Shown: positions 29,379-38,970, counted from the stretch's first letter. The stretch: DNA of 64,000 nucleotides from an uncultured Bacteroidales bacterium (GCA_946186495.1 CAMHNQ010000008.1:17959-81958), one strand, 5' to 3'. Notes: a model not told the origin generated them from the sequence alone. Numbers and translations are program-made.

Positions 29379-31919
29379 ATGAAGCGTTTTGTCACATTTA
29401 TCGGGCTTTTGCTTGTGTGGGTGGTCTCTTGTCCGCAGCCGCTTTCTGTGTCCGTATCCGCTTTTCCGAACGGGATTTGCAGTGGGACGGGGTGTGAGTA
29501 TGAGGGGCCGACCATTATGATTAACGAGGTGATGCTGAAGCCCGTGGAAGGGGATGGCTCTATCGTGGGAAGCGCCTATTTTGATCAAGAGATGTCTGGC
29601 GAATGGATTGAGCTGTATAATCCGCACAAGTGCGAATCGGTTGACATCTCTTGCTATTTCTTGGGCAATAATGCGCGGGATGGCTATTATGATTATGAGA
29701 ATTATGGCGGTGGTTTCGCGCTTCCGCAAGGCACGGTGGTCCCCCCGCAGGGTTTCTGCGTAGTGAGGGGTGAGAATGCGCCGGCGGTGCCGTCGAGTCT
29801 GCTGGTTGCTAATGGCGGGAATGTGGTGGAGGTGGTGGTAAACAGCCGTTATTGCTTCGGTGGCGGATCTCGTTTGTGGTTCCCGAACAACGGCGGATGG
29901 TTTGCCTTCTATGACGCAGATGGAATACCCCAGGATGCCATTTATTGGGGACTCTCCTCCAATTACTGCTCCACATGCTCACCTTGCGTGCCGGCTGTCA
30001 ATGCCTGTGGCTTCAATGGCACGCTCGCTTCTTTTAACAGTATCCCGTCGAACAGGAAATCCTTCATCGGCGGCGATGCTCCAACTGGCATGACCAAGCG
30101 GCGGATACCCGATGGAGGAACTTGGTCAACCACCATCGCATCCCCCACTTATGGCACATGTAATGCCGCATGCGTGGACCCTCCGGTGATTACTTGCAAC
30201 GGATATGCGATTGCAACCGCCTCGGGAGGCGTACCTCCCTATACCTATCACTGGAATGATGCCCAGTCCCAGACCACCGATACGGCTTTCTCCCTGTGTG
30301 CGGGCAGTTATGCGGTCACCGTGACCGATGCCGCCGGCGCCTCTTCCGTCGCATACGTGACGGTTGCGGATTTCGAGCCAACCGTGACGCATGCGAGCGT
30401 CAATGCCTGTCTCTCCGATTCGGTGGTGGTGCTGCAGGGCTACCCGGCAGGCGGAACATACGATGGGGCCGCCGTCGTCGGGAATGTGCTCCAATTGAGC
30501 AGCAATATCCCGGAATACCAGCTCTCTTACACGTATGTGGATGACAACGGCTGTTCCTCCACTGTGCCTTTCTTGGTTTCGGTTTCCCATAACATCTACA
30601 CAATGGACACGACGGTCTGCAGTTCCGACCTGCCTTTCCAGTGGCATGGCCAGTCCATCACGACGTCGGGTACGTACTATTTCACTCAAAGTATGGAAAC
30701 GACCTGCGACAGTCATTATGTCCTTCATCTCAGTGTTATACAGCAGCCTCAACTTGTTGTCGCTAATGATTTTATAGTGATTGAACAGGGCGAAAGTGTG
30801 ACCTTGCAGGCATCGGGTGCGATGACTTACTTGTGGTCTCCTGCGGGAAGTTTGTCATCCTCTTCTGTTGCCAACCCGACCGCAACCCCGGAACAATCCA
30901 CACAATATGTCCTGAGAGGGTTCAATTCGGAAAACTGTTTTTCTGAGGATTCTGTGAAAGTTCTTGTGAAACAGCATGTTGATACAGTCGTTTGCGACAA
31001 TGAATTGCCGTTGACCTGGTATGGATGCACTTTTGCGGACACCGTTTCGCAAGTTGTGGTTATCCCCAATGGTAATGCGCTTGAAACGGTGCTCCAGCTG
31101 CATGTGCATCTCGTGCCGACCACCTACAGTACCATATACGATACCATTCCTGAGGAAGATTTGCCGGCCATTATGAACGGCATAGAGTTTATGGACGATG
31201 TGGACACGGTTTTCGTTGTTCCGAACAGTGCAGGGTGTGACAGTGTGATTTCGTATTCATTGTATGTGTGTCGCAATCAGGAGGTTTCGGTTGACAGTAC
31301 GGTGTGCGAGAGCAAACTGCCGTTGGTGTGGAATGGGCAGTCTCTGTCCTCTCCCGGCCAGTATCAGTCAGTTTTGCAGACCTCATGCGGCAGTGACAGT
31401 GTGGTGAGCCTGTCACTTTCTGTCATTGACACGGCAATACGTATCGTCACGCTCACGGAGGACTTTTGCGAGACGATGTCGATGGAACTTATGGTGGTCA
31501 CCGATTTTGAAGACTACGTCTGGAATACGGGTGAGCATTCTCCGAACATCACCGTGACTGTCCCCGGGGTGTATTCGGTGACCTCTTTGTTGGATGAATG
31601 CCGGATGACTGCCCATTTCCTTGTGGAGGGGTGCGACCTGCAGCTTGTCCTCCCCAACGCAATCTCTCCTTCCAAAAGCGACGGCCTTAACGACGGATTC
31701 GGCATTCCCGAAGGCTTACAGCCTTTTCTTTATGACTTCGAGATCCGCATTTTCAATCGTTGGGGTGAGCAGGTCTTCTATAGTACCGACAAGTCCTTCC
31801 GATGGAATGGCGAGGTGAAGGGGAAAAGGCTCATTGATACAACATATAGCTACATACTTCGTTACAAAAACTTCAAGGGAAAGCAATATGTGATCAAGGG
31901 GGCATTCACGGTATTGTAG
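29379..31919 (+). CDS. Lamin-tail-domain (LTD) protein with SprB-type repeat and type B T9SS (gliding-motility CTERM) domain
   Basis: The track ORF 29064.. runs across the TetR gene and the promoter. ATG 29379 gives the signal MKRFVTFIGLLLVWVVSC; the alternative ATG 29361 would be nearly leaderless. LTD motifs are IMINEVMLKP and EWIELYNP. The SprB-like repeat is CNGYAIATASGGVPPYTYHWND...TVTDAAGAS. The C-terminus reads LPNAISPSKSDGLNDGF...FNRWGEQVF. Confidence 0.8.
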   Translation: MKRFVTFIGLLLVWVVSCPQPLSVSVSAFPNGICSGTGCEYEGPTIMINEVMLKPVEGDGSIVGSAYFDQEMSGEWIELYNPHKCESVDISCYFLGNNARDGYYDYENYGGGFALPQGTVVPPQGFCVVRGENAPAVPSSLLVANGGNVVEVVVNSRYCFGGGSRLWFPNNGGWFAFYDADGIPQDAIYWGLSSNYCSTCSPCVPAVNACGFNGTLASFNSIPSNRKSFIGGDAPTGMTKRRIPDGGTWSTTIASPTYGTCNAACVDPPVITCNGYAIATASGGVPPYTYHWNDAQSQTTDTAFSLCAGSYAVTVTDAAGASSVAYVTVADFEPTVTHASVNACLSDSVVVLQGYPAGGTYDGAAVVGNVLQLSSNIPEYQLSYTYVDDNGCSSTVPFLVSVSHNIYTMDTTVCSSDLPFQWHGQSITTSGTYYFTQSMETTCDSHYVLHLSVIQQPQLVVANDFIVIEQGESVTLQASGAMTYLWSPAGSLSSSSVANPTATPEQSTQYVLRGFNSENCFSEDSVKVLVKQHVDTVVCDNELPLTWYGCTFADTVSQVVVIPNGNALETVLQLHVHLVPTTYSTIYDTIPEEDLPAIMNGIEFMDDVDTVFVVPNSAGCDSVISYSLYVCRNQEVSVDSTVCESKLPLVWNGQSLSSPGQYQSVLQTSCGSDSVVSLSLSVIDTAIRIVTLTEDFCETMSMELMVVTDFEDYVWNTGEHSPNITVTVPGVYSVTSLLDECRMTAHFLVEGCDLQLVLPNAISPSKSDGLNDGFGIPEGLQPFLYDFEIRIFNRWGEQVFYSTDKSFRWNGEVKGKRLIDTTYSYILRYKNFKGKQYVIKGAFTVL

Positions 31920-31973
31920 GGGTCCCCAAGATTATCGCATTGCAGAGGTGCCTGTTGGTGATCAGGCGCGATG

Positions 31974-32531
31974 TCAACAGACGAAGCGAGTGTTCCTTTT
32001 CTTGGATTGTCGGTTTAATTTGATATCCGGTTTGTTTCTTGTGATGGAGTGGTTGTTCTGGAGAATCTTCACGTCTGCTTTTAGCATGGAGACGTCTTCC
32101 CGGATCTCTGAGATGTCCTCTTCCACTTTCCCGATTCGTTCGTTGATTTTCTCGAATTGCCGGTCCATCTTCTCGAATCGTTTGTCCGTTTTTTGTTCCA
32201 TCTTTTCGAACTTTTTATCCATCTTATGCTCCATCTTTTCGAATCGTTCGTTCATTGTTTGCTCCATCTTTCCGAATCGTTCGTCCACTTTCTTGAACCG
32301 TTCGTCCATCTTTTGAAAGCCGTCGCGCATGTCGGAGGCCAGCTGGTCGATTTTTTTTACAATGTTCAAGTGGCCTTGCTCCAAATGTTTTTGGGACATT
32401 TCGAGTTTGGTTACCTTTCTTGTGGCAGCGACGACAATCCAAGTGACGATGCCGAGAAAGCTTGCAATGGTGGAGAATGTTCCGACAGGGCTCATCAGAA
32501 AGTTTTTTAAAAATTCGACTAATGTACTCAT
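31974..32531 (-). CDS. Single-pass membrane protein with reiterated (D/N)ERFxKM(E/D) coiled-coil repeats
   Basis: A 185-aa ORF with an ATG start. The N-terminal hydrophobic helix is PVGTFSTIASFLGIVTWIVVAA. The repeat core is MDERFKKVDERFGKMEQTMNERFEKMEHKMDKKFEKMEQKTDKRFEKMDRQFEKINERIGKVEE. The tail is basic. Confidence 0.6.
   Translation of the reverse strand: MSTLVEFLKNFLMSPVGTFSTIASFLGIVTWIVVAATRKVTKLEMSQKHLEQGHLNIVKKIDQLASDMRDGFQKMDERFKKVDERFGKMEQTMNERFEKMEHKMDKKFEKMEQKTDKRFEKMDRQFEKINERIGKVEEDISEIREDVSMLKADVKILQNNHSITRNKPDIKLNRQSKKRNTRFVC
32121..32321 (-). repeat. Intragenic degenerate tandem repeats (units CCATCTTTTCGAA(T/C)CGTT-like, 24-33 nt)
   Basis: About 7 reiterations of CATCTT(T/C)TCGAA... 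are visible on the plus strand. They encode the ERFEKM repeats. Confidence 0.75.
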
Positions 32532-32812
32532 ACTCTGTTTTTAAGGTTTGAAAATTTTAGAATTATTTGTTATTTTTAGTGATTAAATATGTTCGTTTAG
32601 TTTGTTTGTTTTCGGCGGCAAATATACAATTTATTTTATTATATATCACTCTTTCAAAAAAATATTTGAAAGAAACGCAAATCACGAAAAAGAGCTTGCG
32701 GGGTCGGTTGTCAACATATTGTGGTAGAGAATGGGAAAAAGAAAAATCCCTAAAAATGGGGATAGTCTCATTTTGTGGAAATTGCACTTTTGCAGTGTGT
32801 AAAAAATCGGAT

Positions 32813-35302
32813 ATGAGTAACGAGGAAAGTGTGAAAAAAGTGTTGACGCTCGCCGATGTGAAGACGGGTGAATATGGTGTGATAGTGCGTATTACGGGAC
32901 ACGGGAGTTTCCGTCACCGTTTAATGGAGATGGGTTTTGTGCGTGGCGAGAAGGTCAAAGTCATCCGCAACGCCCCCTTGCGCGACCCTATTGAGTATGA
33001 GATTATGCAAGGCCACGTGTCGTTGCGACGCATCGAGGCCCAGCGCGTGGAGGTGGTGCCTGTCACCGAGGAGGTCGCCAACAACTACCTTTTCCACGGC
33101 ACCATCACCGAGGAGACCGAACGCATTCTTGGCAAGGAGGGCAAGAGGATTAATGTCGCCCTCGTCGGCAACCCCAACTGTGGAAAGACCTCCTTCTTCA
33201 ACCATGCCACAGGCATGAGGGAGAAGGTCGGCAACTACAGCGGTGTCACTGTCGATTCCAAGCTCGGGTACTTTAAATATAAGGATTACACTATCGCTCT
33301 CGCCGACCTCCCTGGCACCTACTCCCTCACCGAATATACACCAGAGGAACTTTATGTGCGCCAGTATATTATGGATCAGCATCCCGATATCGTACTCAAC
33401 ATCGTCGATGCTTCCAATCTCGAGCGCAACCTCTTCCTCACTACCCAGCTCATCGACATGAACGTGCCCATGGTGATGGCTCTCAACATGTATGACGAGC
33501 TGGAAAAAAACGGAGACAAGCTCGATCTTGACACCCTCAGCGAGCTGTTCGGCTTTCCTATTGTGCCCACTGTCTCTTCACGGGGCGTTGGCATCGACGA
33601 TGTGATGGCCAAGATTGTCGATCTTTACGAAAACCTTGAGGAAAGCACCAAGCACATCCACATCAATTACGGTGCCGACTTGGAGAAATCCATCGGGATT
33701 ATCAAGGAGGAGATGAGAGAACACCTGGACCTTTCGGGTGCATATTCCACCCGTTACTTGGCCATTGAGATGCTGGCCGGCGACAAGACGATTGCGGCAT
33801 TGGTGGACAAATTCGACGATGACGGCAGCGTTGGCAAGGTGGCTGCCGAACAACGTGCGCAAATCGAAAAGCAGTACCATGAGGATGCGGGCACCATCGT
33901 GGCCGACGCGAAATACGGATTCGTGCGCGGTGCACTGCTGGAAACCTATACCCAAGGAAAGGATAAAGACAAACAACCTGCCTACTCAATCGATAAAATA
34001 TTGACTAATAGATGGCTGGGGTTTCCCATTCTGGTGTTTTTCCTGTGGTTCATGTTCCAGATGACCTTTACCCTCGGGGCTTATCCGCAAGAGTGGTTGG
34101 AGATGTTCTTTGGCTGGCTCGGTGGTGTCACCTCCAGGGTCCTGCCTGACGGCATCGTCAAGAATCTGCTTGTCGATGGCATCATCGCCGGGGTTGGGGG
34201 AGTTTGTTCTTTTCTGCCTAACATCTTGATTCTCTTCTTTTTCATTTCCATATTGGAAGACACGGGCTATATGGCCCGCGCCGCCTTTATCATGGATAAA
34301 CTGATGCACAGGATGGGGCTGCACGGCAAATCGTTCATCCCCTACATCATCGGGTTCGGCTGCAGCGTGCCGGCCATCATGGCCACCCGTACCTTGGAGA
34401 ACCGCAAGGACCGCATCCTCACCATCATCACGGTGCCGTTCATGTCATGTTCGGCGCGGCTGCCGGTTTATCTGTTGCTCATTTCCGCCTTTTTCGCGAA
34501 ACACCAGGGACTTATCCTTACATTCATCTACCTTCTTGGCATCTTGACGGCTGTCGTCACCTCGTTGGTAGTCAAAAAGGCGGCTTTCAAGAATGAGCGC
34601 GACCAGTTCGTGATGGAGCTGCCGCCCTACCGTATCCCGACTTTCCGCAATGCGGTGGTCCACATGTGGGACAAAAGTGTGCAGTATCTCAAAAAGATGG
34701 GGACGGTCATTCTCGTGGCCACGGTCATCATTTGGGCGTTGGAGTACTTCCCGCAGCACAGTCCGCAAATCGACGCCTACACTGCGCAGATCGAGCAGGT
34801 GGAGGCAGATGGGGCGATGCCTGAGGCTGAGAAGACCGCAGTCATCGCGCAGTTGGAGCTGGACCGTTCGGCCTGCCAGATCGAGAACTCCTATATCGGC
34901 AGGTTCGGCAAGTTCGTGGCGCCGGTGTTCCGTCCCCTCGGCTTCGACTGGCAGATGGGGGTTTCCCTTATCACAGGATTCGCTGCCAAGGAAATTGTGG
35001 TCTCTTCCATGGGTGTGCTCTACCACAGCGACGCAGAGGCCGACGAGAACTCATCGGCCCTGCAGAAGAGCCTGCAGACGCATACTTGGTCGTCCGGCCC
35101 TGACGCCGGAAAGCCGGTCTTCACCCCATGGGTGGCTTTCGGTTTCATGGTCTTCATTCTGCTCTATTTCCCGTGCGTGGCCGCCCTCACCGCCATCAAG
35201 CGGGAGGCAGGCACCAGATGGATGCTCTTCAATATTTTCTACACCACCGGAATTGCGTGGTTGGCGGCTTTTGCGGTGCGGCTTCTCAGCGGGATGTTCT
35301 GA
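32813..35302 (+). CDS. feoB: Ferrous iron transporter, FeoA-FeoB fusion
   Basis: I moved the start to ATG 32813 (MSNEESVKK), because the upstream extension is AT-rich non-coding sequence. The N-terminus has the FeoA SH3-like motif GEYGVIVRITGHGSFRHRLMEMGFVRGEKVKV. It is followed by the G-domain (VALVGNPNCGKTSFFN, DLPGTYSL) and the polytopic permease. Confidence 0.9.
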   Translation: MSNEESVKKVLTLADVKTGEYGVIVRITGHGSFRHRLMEMGFVRGEKVKVIRNAPLRDPIEYEIMQGHVSLRRIEAQRVEVVPVTEEVANNYLFHGTITEETERILGKEGKRINVALVGNPNCGKTSFFNHATGMREKVGNYSGVTVDSKLGYFKYKDYTIALADLPGTYSLTEYTPEELYVRQYIMDQHPDIVLNIVDASNLERNLFLTTQLIDMNVPMVMALNMYDELEKNGDKLDLDTLSELFGFPIVPTVSSRGVGIDDVMAKIVDLYENLEESTKHIHINYGADLEKSIGIIKEEMREHLDLSGAYSTRYLAIEMLAGDKTIAALVDKFDDDGSVGKVAAEQRAQIEKQYHEDAGTIVADAKYGFVRGALLETYTQGKDKDKQPAYSIDKILTNRWLGFPILVFFLWFMFQMTFTLGAYPQEWLEMFFGWLGGVTSRVLPDGIVKNLLVDGIIAGVGGVCSFLPNILILFFFISILEDTGYMARAAFIMDKLMHRMGLHGKSFIPYIIGFGCSVPAIMATRTLENRKDRILTIITVPFMSCSARLPVYLLLISAFFAKHQGLILTFIYLLGILTAVVTSLVVKKAAFKNERDQFVMELPPYRIPTFRNAVVHMWDKSVQYLKKMGTVILVATVIIWALEYFPQHSPQIDAYTAQIEQVEADGAMPEAEKTAVIAQLELDRSACQIENSYIGRFGKFVAPVFRPLGFDWQMGVSLITGFAAKEIVVSSMGVLYHSDAEADENSSALQKSLQTHTWSSGPDAGKPVFTPWVAFGFMVFILLYFPCVAALTAIKREAGTRWMLFNIFYTTGIAWLAAFAVRLLSGMF

Positions 35303-35564
35303 AACAGGGTAAGGAAAAGGCAGGCGCTTCCTGACAGGCCGTTGCGTCTGTCTTGTAATCTTCTGTATATAAGCTATTTATTTGCATTAATATGGCTTAA
35401 TGCATTGCTTTTCAGTGTGTTGCGATTTTTCCTGCGCATGGCTTCTGTCTTGGGCCAGTCGCGGAACAACGCACTTTTCCGACAATGTCACCGCCATTAT
35501 GCGCCTGAAAACCGTTCTCGGCACAAATAAAAGAACAAAAGTGGTGCCGTATGGAAAAAAATTG

Positions 35565-35572
35565 TACCTTTG
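35565..35572 (+). promoter_or_regulatory. -7 promoter box for the 2-oxoacid:ferredoxin oxidoreductase operon
   Basis: TACCTTTG is preceded by an A-run, 68 nt upstream of ATG 35640. Confidence 0.55.
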
Positions 35573-35639
35573 CCCCTTGATATTTGTTGTGTGCAATTAA
35601 CAAACAATCAATAAAGTAACAAACTAAAATATTAAAATT

Positions 35640-35867
35640 ATGGCATTTAAAGGAGCTTTAGTCATCGACACCGAAAAATGTAAAGGTTGTGCTGTCTGCA
35701 TAACCGGTTGTCCGCAAGACCCGAAGTGCATTGCGCTTTCCCACAAGGTGAATGCAAAGGGTTACAACTATCTGGAAATGGTCAACGAGGATGCCTGCAT
35801 CGGCTGTGCCAGCTGTGCGGTGATTTGTCCTGACGGGGTCATTGAAGTGTATCGCGCGAAATGCTAA
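35640..35867 (+). CDS. 2-oxoacid:ferredoxin oxidoreductase delta subunit (2x[4Fe-4S] ferredoxin)
   Basis: A 75-aa ORF with two CxxCxxCxxxCP motifs (CKGCAVCITGCP and CIGCASCAVICP). Confidence 0.85.
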   Translation: MAFKGALVIDTEKCKGCAVCITGCPQDPKCIALSHKVNAKGYNYLEMVNEDACIGCASCAVICPDGVIEVYRAKC

Positions 35868-35918
35868 TCGCGATTGAATCAGGAAATTAAACAACAATTA
35901 ATTAAAACATCTATTAAA

Positions 35919-36998
35919 ATGGCAAAAGAATTAGTATTAATGAAGGGAAACCAGGCCATTGCAGAAGCTGCCATCCGTTGTGGCTGCGACGGCTATTTTG
36001 GCTATCCCATTACGCCGCAATCAGAAGTGCTGGAGCACCTGATGGCAGAAAGACCATACCTGACCACCGGCATGGTGGTGTTGCAAGCCGAGAGTGAGCT
36101 GGCATCCATCAACATGGTGTATGCAGGAGCCGCTGCCGGCAAACGCGTCATGACCTCTTCTTCTTCCCCCGGATTCTCCCTCATGCAGGAAGGCCTCTCC
36201 TACATCGCCGGCGCAGAACTGCCCGCAGTGTGCGTCAACGTGGTGCGCGGCGGCCCCGGCCTTGGCACCATCCAACCCTCCCAGTCTGACTATTTCCAGA
36301 CCACCAAGGGCGGCGGCCATGGCGACTACCGCCTGATCACCCTCGCCCCCGCATCCGTGCAGGAGATGTACGATTTCGTGGAACTGGGCTTCGACCTCGC
36401 TTTCAAGTACCGCAACCCGGTCGCCATCCTTTCCGACGGTGTCATCGGCCAGGTGATGGAAAAAGTGATGGTTGACGACTACAAACCGCGTTGGACCGAC
36501 GAATATATTGAGAAAAACTGCCCGTGGGCTGCCACCGGTCACCGTTCCACCGGCAAACACCGCATCGTGACCTCCCTTGAACTGGAGGCCCTCAAACAGG
36601 AAGCCATCAACGACCGCATCCAGGCCAAGTACAGAAAGTGCGAGGAGGAAGATGCCCGTCACGAGGCCATCCAATGCGATGACGCCGAGTACCTCTTCGT
36701 GGCTTACGGCTCCGCTGCCCGTATCTGCATGAAGGCCGTCGAAATGGCCCGCGCAGAAGGCATCAAGGTCGGTCTTGTCCGCCCGATCACCCTGTGGCCC
36801 TTCCCGACAAAAGCCGTCAAGGAGATTGGCAGCCGCATGAAGAGCATCCTCAGCGTGGAAATGAACGCTGGCCAGATGATCGAGGACGTGAAACTCGCCG
36901 TGGACTGCAAAGTCCCCGTGGAGCACTACGGCCGCTACGGTGGCGTGATCCCGACCCCGGTCGAGATTCTCGATGCTTTGAAAAAAATGGTTAAATAA
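35919..36998 (+). CDS. 2-oxoacid:ferredoxin oxidoreductase alpha subunit (KorA/VorB-like)
   Basis: The start is at ATG 35919 (MAKELVLMKGNQAIAEAAIRCGCDGYFGYPITPQSE). It has the pyruvate flavodoxin/ferredoxin oxidoreductase N-domain. Confidence 0.9.
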   Translation: MAKELVLMKGNQAIAEAAIRCGCDGYFGYPITPQSEVLEHLMAERPYLTTGMVVLQAESELASINMVYAGAAAGKRVMTSSSSPGFSLMQEGLSYIAGAELPAVCVNVVRGGPGLGTIQPSQSDYFQTTKGGGHGDYRLITLAPASVQEMYDFVELGFDLAFKYRNPVAILSDGVIGQVMEKVMVDDYKPRWTDEYIEKNCPWAATGHRSTGKHRIVTSLELEALKQEAINDRIQAKYRKCEEEDARHEAIQCDDAEYLFVAYGSAARICMKAVEMARAEGIKVGLVRPITLWPFPTKAVKEIGSRMKSILSVEMNAGQMIEDVKLAVDCKVPVEHYGRYGGVIPTPVEILDALKKMVK

Positions 36999-37015
36999 TT
37001 TAAGCACTTGAAATT

Positions 37016-37858
37016 ATGACAAGAGAAGATATAATCAAACCCGAAAATTTAGTGTACAAACGCACCCCCGTCCTGACGGATGCAACGATGCACTATTGTC
37101 CTGGTTGCGGTCACGGCGTCGTGCACAGAATCGTCGCTGAGGTGATCGAAGAGATGGGCATCCAAAACAATGTCGTCGGTATTTCTCCCGTGGGTTGTTC
37201 CGTGTTGGCGTACAACTACTTCGACGTGGACTTCGTGGAAGCCGCTCACGGCCGCGCCCCGGCCTGCGCTTCTGCAATCAAACGCCTGCGCCCCGACACT
37301 TTCGTGTTCACCTACCAAGGTGACGGCGACCTGGCCTCCATCGGCTGCGCCGAAGTGATGCACGCCTGCAACCGCGGCGAAAACATCACGATGATTTTCA
37401 TCAACAACGGCATATACGGCATGACCGGCGGCCAGATGGCTCCCACCACCCTGGAAGGTATGGAGACCGTGACCTGCCCCTACGGCCGCGACCCCAAAAT
37501 CATGGGCCACACCATGCGTCTCACCGAGGCCCTGGCCCAGCTGCCCGGCACCTACTTCGTCACACGCCAGGCTGTCTACACCCCCGCAGCCGCGCGCAAG
37601 TGCAAGAAAGCCATCCGCCAGGCCTTCGAGAACCAGAAACTCAACAAGGGTGTCTCCTTCGTGGAAGTTACCTCCAACTGCAACTCCGGTTGGAAAATGA
37701 CCCCCGTCCAAGCCAACAAGTGGATGGAAGAGAATACCCTCAAGTACTTCCCGCTCGGCGACATGAAAGTTGACGGCAAGTTCGCCCCTGGTTTCATCGA
37801 GCGCGTCGCCACCTTCGACCAGCCCAACGAAACCATCTTTTCACTGAGAAAAAAATAA
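37016..37858 (+). CDS. 2-oxoacid:ferredoxin oxidoreductase beta subunit (TPP-binding)
   Basis: It has the CPGCGHG cluster/TPP motif and GDGDLASIG...NNGIYGMTGGQ. Confidence 0.9.
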   Translation: MTREDIIKPENLVYKRTPVLTDATMHYCPGCGHGVVHRIVAEVIEEMGIQNNVVGISPVGCSVLAYNYFDVDFVEAAHGRAPACASAIKRLRPDTFVFTYQGDGDLASIGCAEVMHACNRGENITMIFINNGIYGMTGGQMAPTTLEGMETVTCPYGRDPKIMGHTMRLTEALAQLPGTYFVTRQAVYTPAAARKCKKAIRQAFENQKLNKGVSFVEVTSNCNSGWKMTPVQANKWMEENTLKYFPLGDMKVDGKFAPGFIERVATFDQPNETIFSLRKK

Positions 37859-37878
37859 ATCATTAAAATCACAAAGCA

Positions 37879-38430
37879 ATGACTGAAGAAATCATTATAG
37901 CAGGCTTTGGCGGTCAGGGTGTGCTCTCCATGGGCAAAATCCTGGCTTACGCCGGCATTATGCAAGATAAAGAAGTGAGCTGGTTGCCTTCCTACGGTCC
38001 TGAAATGCGCGGCGGTACTTCCAACGTTACCGTTATCCTCAGCGACGAACGCATCTGCTCCCCCTATTTGAACCAGTTCGACACGGCCATCATCCTGAAC
38101 CAACAGTCGATGGACAAGTTCGAGTCGGCCGTGAAACCTGGCGGTCTGTTGATTTACGACCCTAACGGCATCACCCATCACCCGACCCGCAAGGACATCA
38201 ACATCTACCAGGTGGCCGCTACCGACAAAGCCAGCGAGCTGGGCATCTCCAAACTGTTCAACATGATCGTGCTGGGCGGTTTCCTGAAAGTGAAACCCCT
38301 TGTCACCCCCGAGATGTTGCACAAAGGGTTGATGAAATCCCTTCCCGAACGCCACCACCATCTTATCCCCAAGAACGAGGAGGCCGTGGAGATTGGCAAG
38401 GGTCTCTTGCAACCCTACCACACTATCTGA
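37879..38430 (+). CDS. 2-oxoacid:ferredoxin oxidoreductase gamma subunit
   Basis: A 183-aa ORF opening IIIAGFGGQGVLSMGKILA, typical of the gamma subunit. Confidence 0.9.
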   Translation: MTEEIIIAGFGGQGVLSMGKILAYAGIMQDKEVSWLPSYGPEMRGGTSNVTVILSDERICSPYLNQFDTAIILNQQSMDKFESAVKPGGLLIYDPNGITHHPTRKDINIYQVAATDKASELGISKLFNMIVLGGFLKVKPLVTPEMLHKGLMKSLPERHHHLIPKNEEAVEIGKGLLQPYHTI

Positions 38431-38483
38431 TCGGATTCCGAGTAGGACGCGATTATTCGTGTCCCCATAACATGTAAATAATG

Positions 38484-38511
38484 AGGACGACCGCAATGTC
38501 GTCCTTTTTTT
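38484..38511 (+). terminator. Intrinsic terminator after the oxidoreductase operon
   Basis: Hairpin AGGACGA-CCGCAATG-TCGTCCT followed by T7. Confidence 0.75.
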
Positions 38512-38645
38512 ATGCCCTGTTCCTGATTTTTTTATTTTTGCAAAATAATAACATTTCCGCCCCTATGATCGATGAGAGTTTCCATGATTCCTACAAAAAG
38601 TCCTTTGATGGACGGTCTCTCTGCCACTTGTTCCGTATATGCATT

Positions 38646-38693
38646 GCGACGCTTGGAAGTGTTGTCTCCGCGACGCTTGGAAGCGTCGTCTCC
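38646..38693. repeat. Two tandem 24-bp units GCGACGCTTGGAAG(T/C)G(T/C)(T/C)GTCTCC
   Basis: Read directly from the sequence. The second unit contains the perfect 8-bp inverted repeat CGACGCTT-GG-AAGCGTCG. Confidence 0.8.
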
Positions 38694-38962
38694 TAATCCG
38701 CGCCGGCTCGCCCAAATAAAAAAGTTGATGCGTAAGCCCTGGCGTTCTGGGCCTCGTTGGTGGCCTTTATGTCCTTTGTGGGGATTCTTGACTTCCTTTC
38801 CTGAATATGTCTGCTGATGCAAGAAATCCGCCAAAATATGACGGTTTTATGAGGGTTGACTTAACAGCTTTTCTTTGGATATGCTGTTATGTCGTTAAGA
38901 ACCAGTTAGATAAAGAATGAAGAAAAAAAATGTCACTTTGGATGAATCATCAAAAAAAATAC

Positions 38963-38970
38963 TATCTTTG
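38963..38970 (+). promoter_or_regulatory. -7 promoter box for tRNA-Pro
   Basis: TATCTTTG lies 16 nt upstream of the first tRNA base. Confidence 0.5.

Noticed and set aside
38646-38693. I asked whether the tandem 24-bp repeats could be a CRISPR array.
   Set aside because: There are only two directly abutting units with no spacers, and no cas genes in the window.
38565-38696. A 43-codon ORF behind the orphan promoter (MIDESFHDSYKKSFDGRSLCHLFRICIATLGSVVSATLGSVVS).
   Set aside because: Its C-terminal third is simply the translation of the 24-bp tandem repeat, and I could not assess conservation. I kept it as part of the non-coding-region finding rather than calling a gene.
38700-38835. A possible SRP (4.5S) RNA or other housekeeping RNA in the large gap, prompted by CAGGAAAGGAAGTCAAG on the minus strand.
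   Set aside because: The match to the conserved SRP domain IV sequence is only superficial, and no supporting helix could be drawn by hand.
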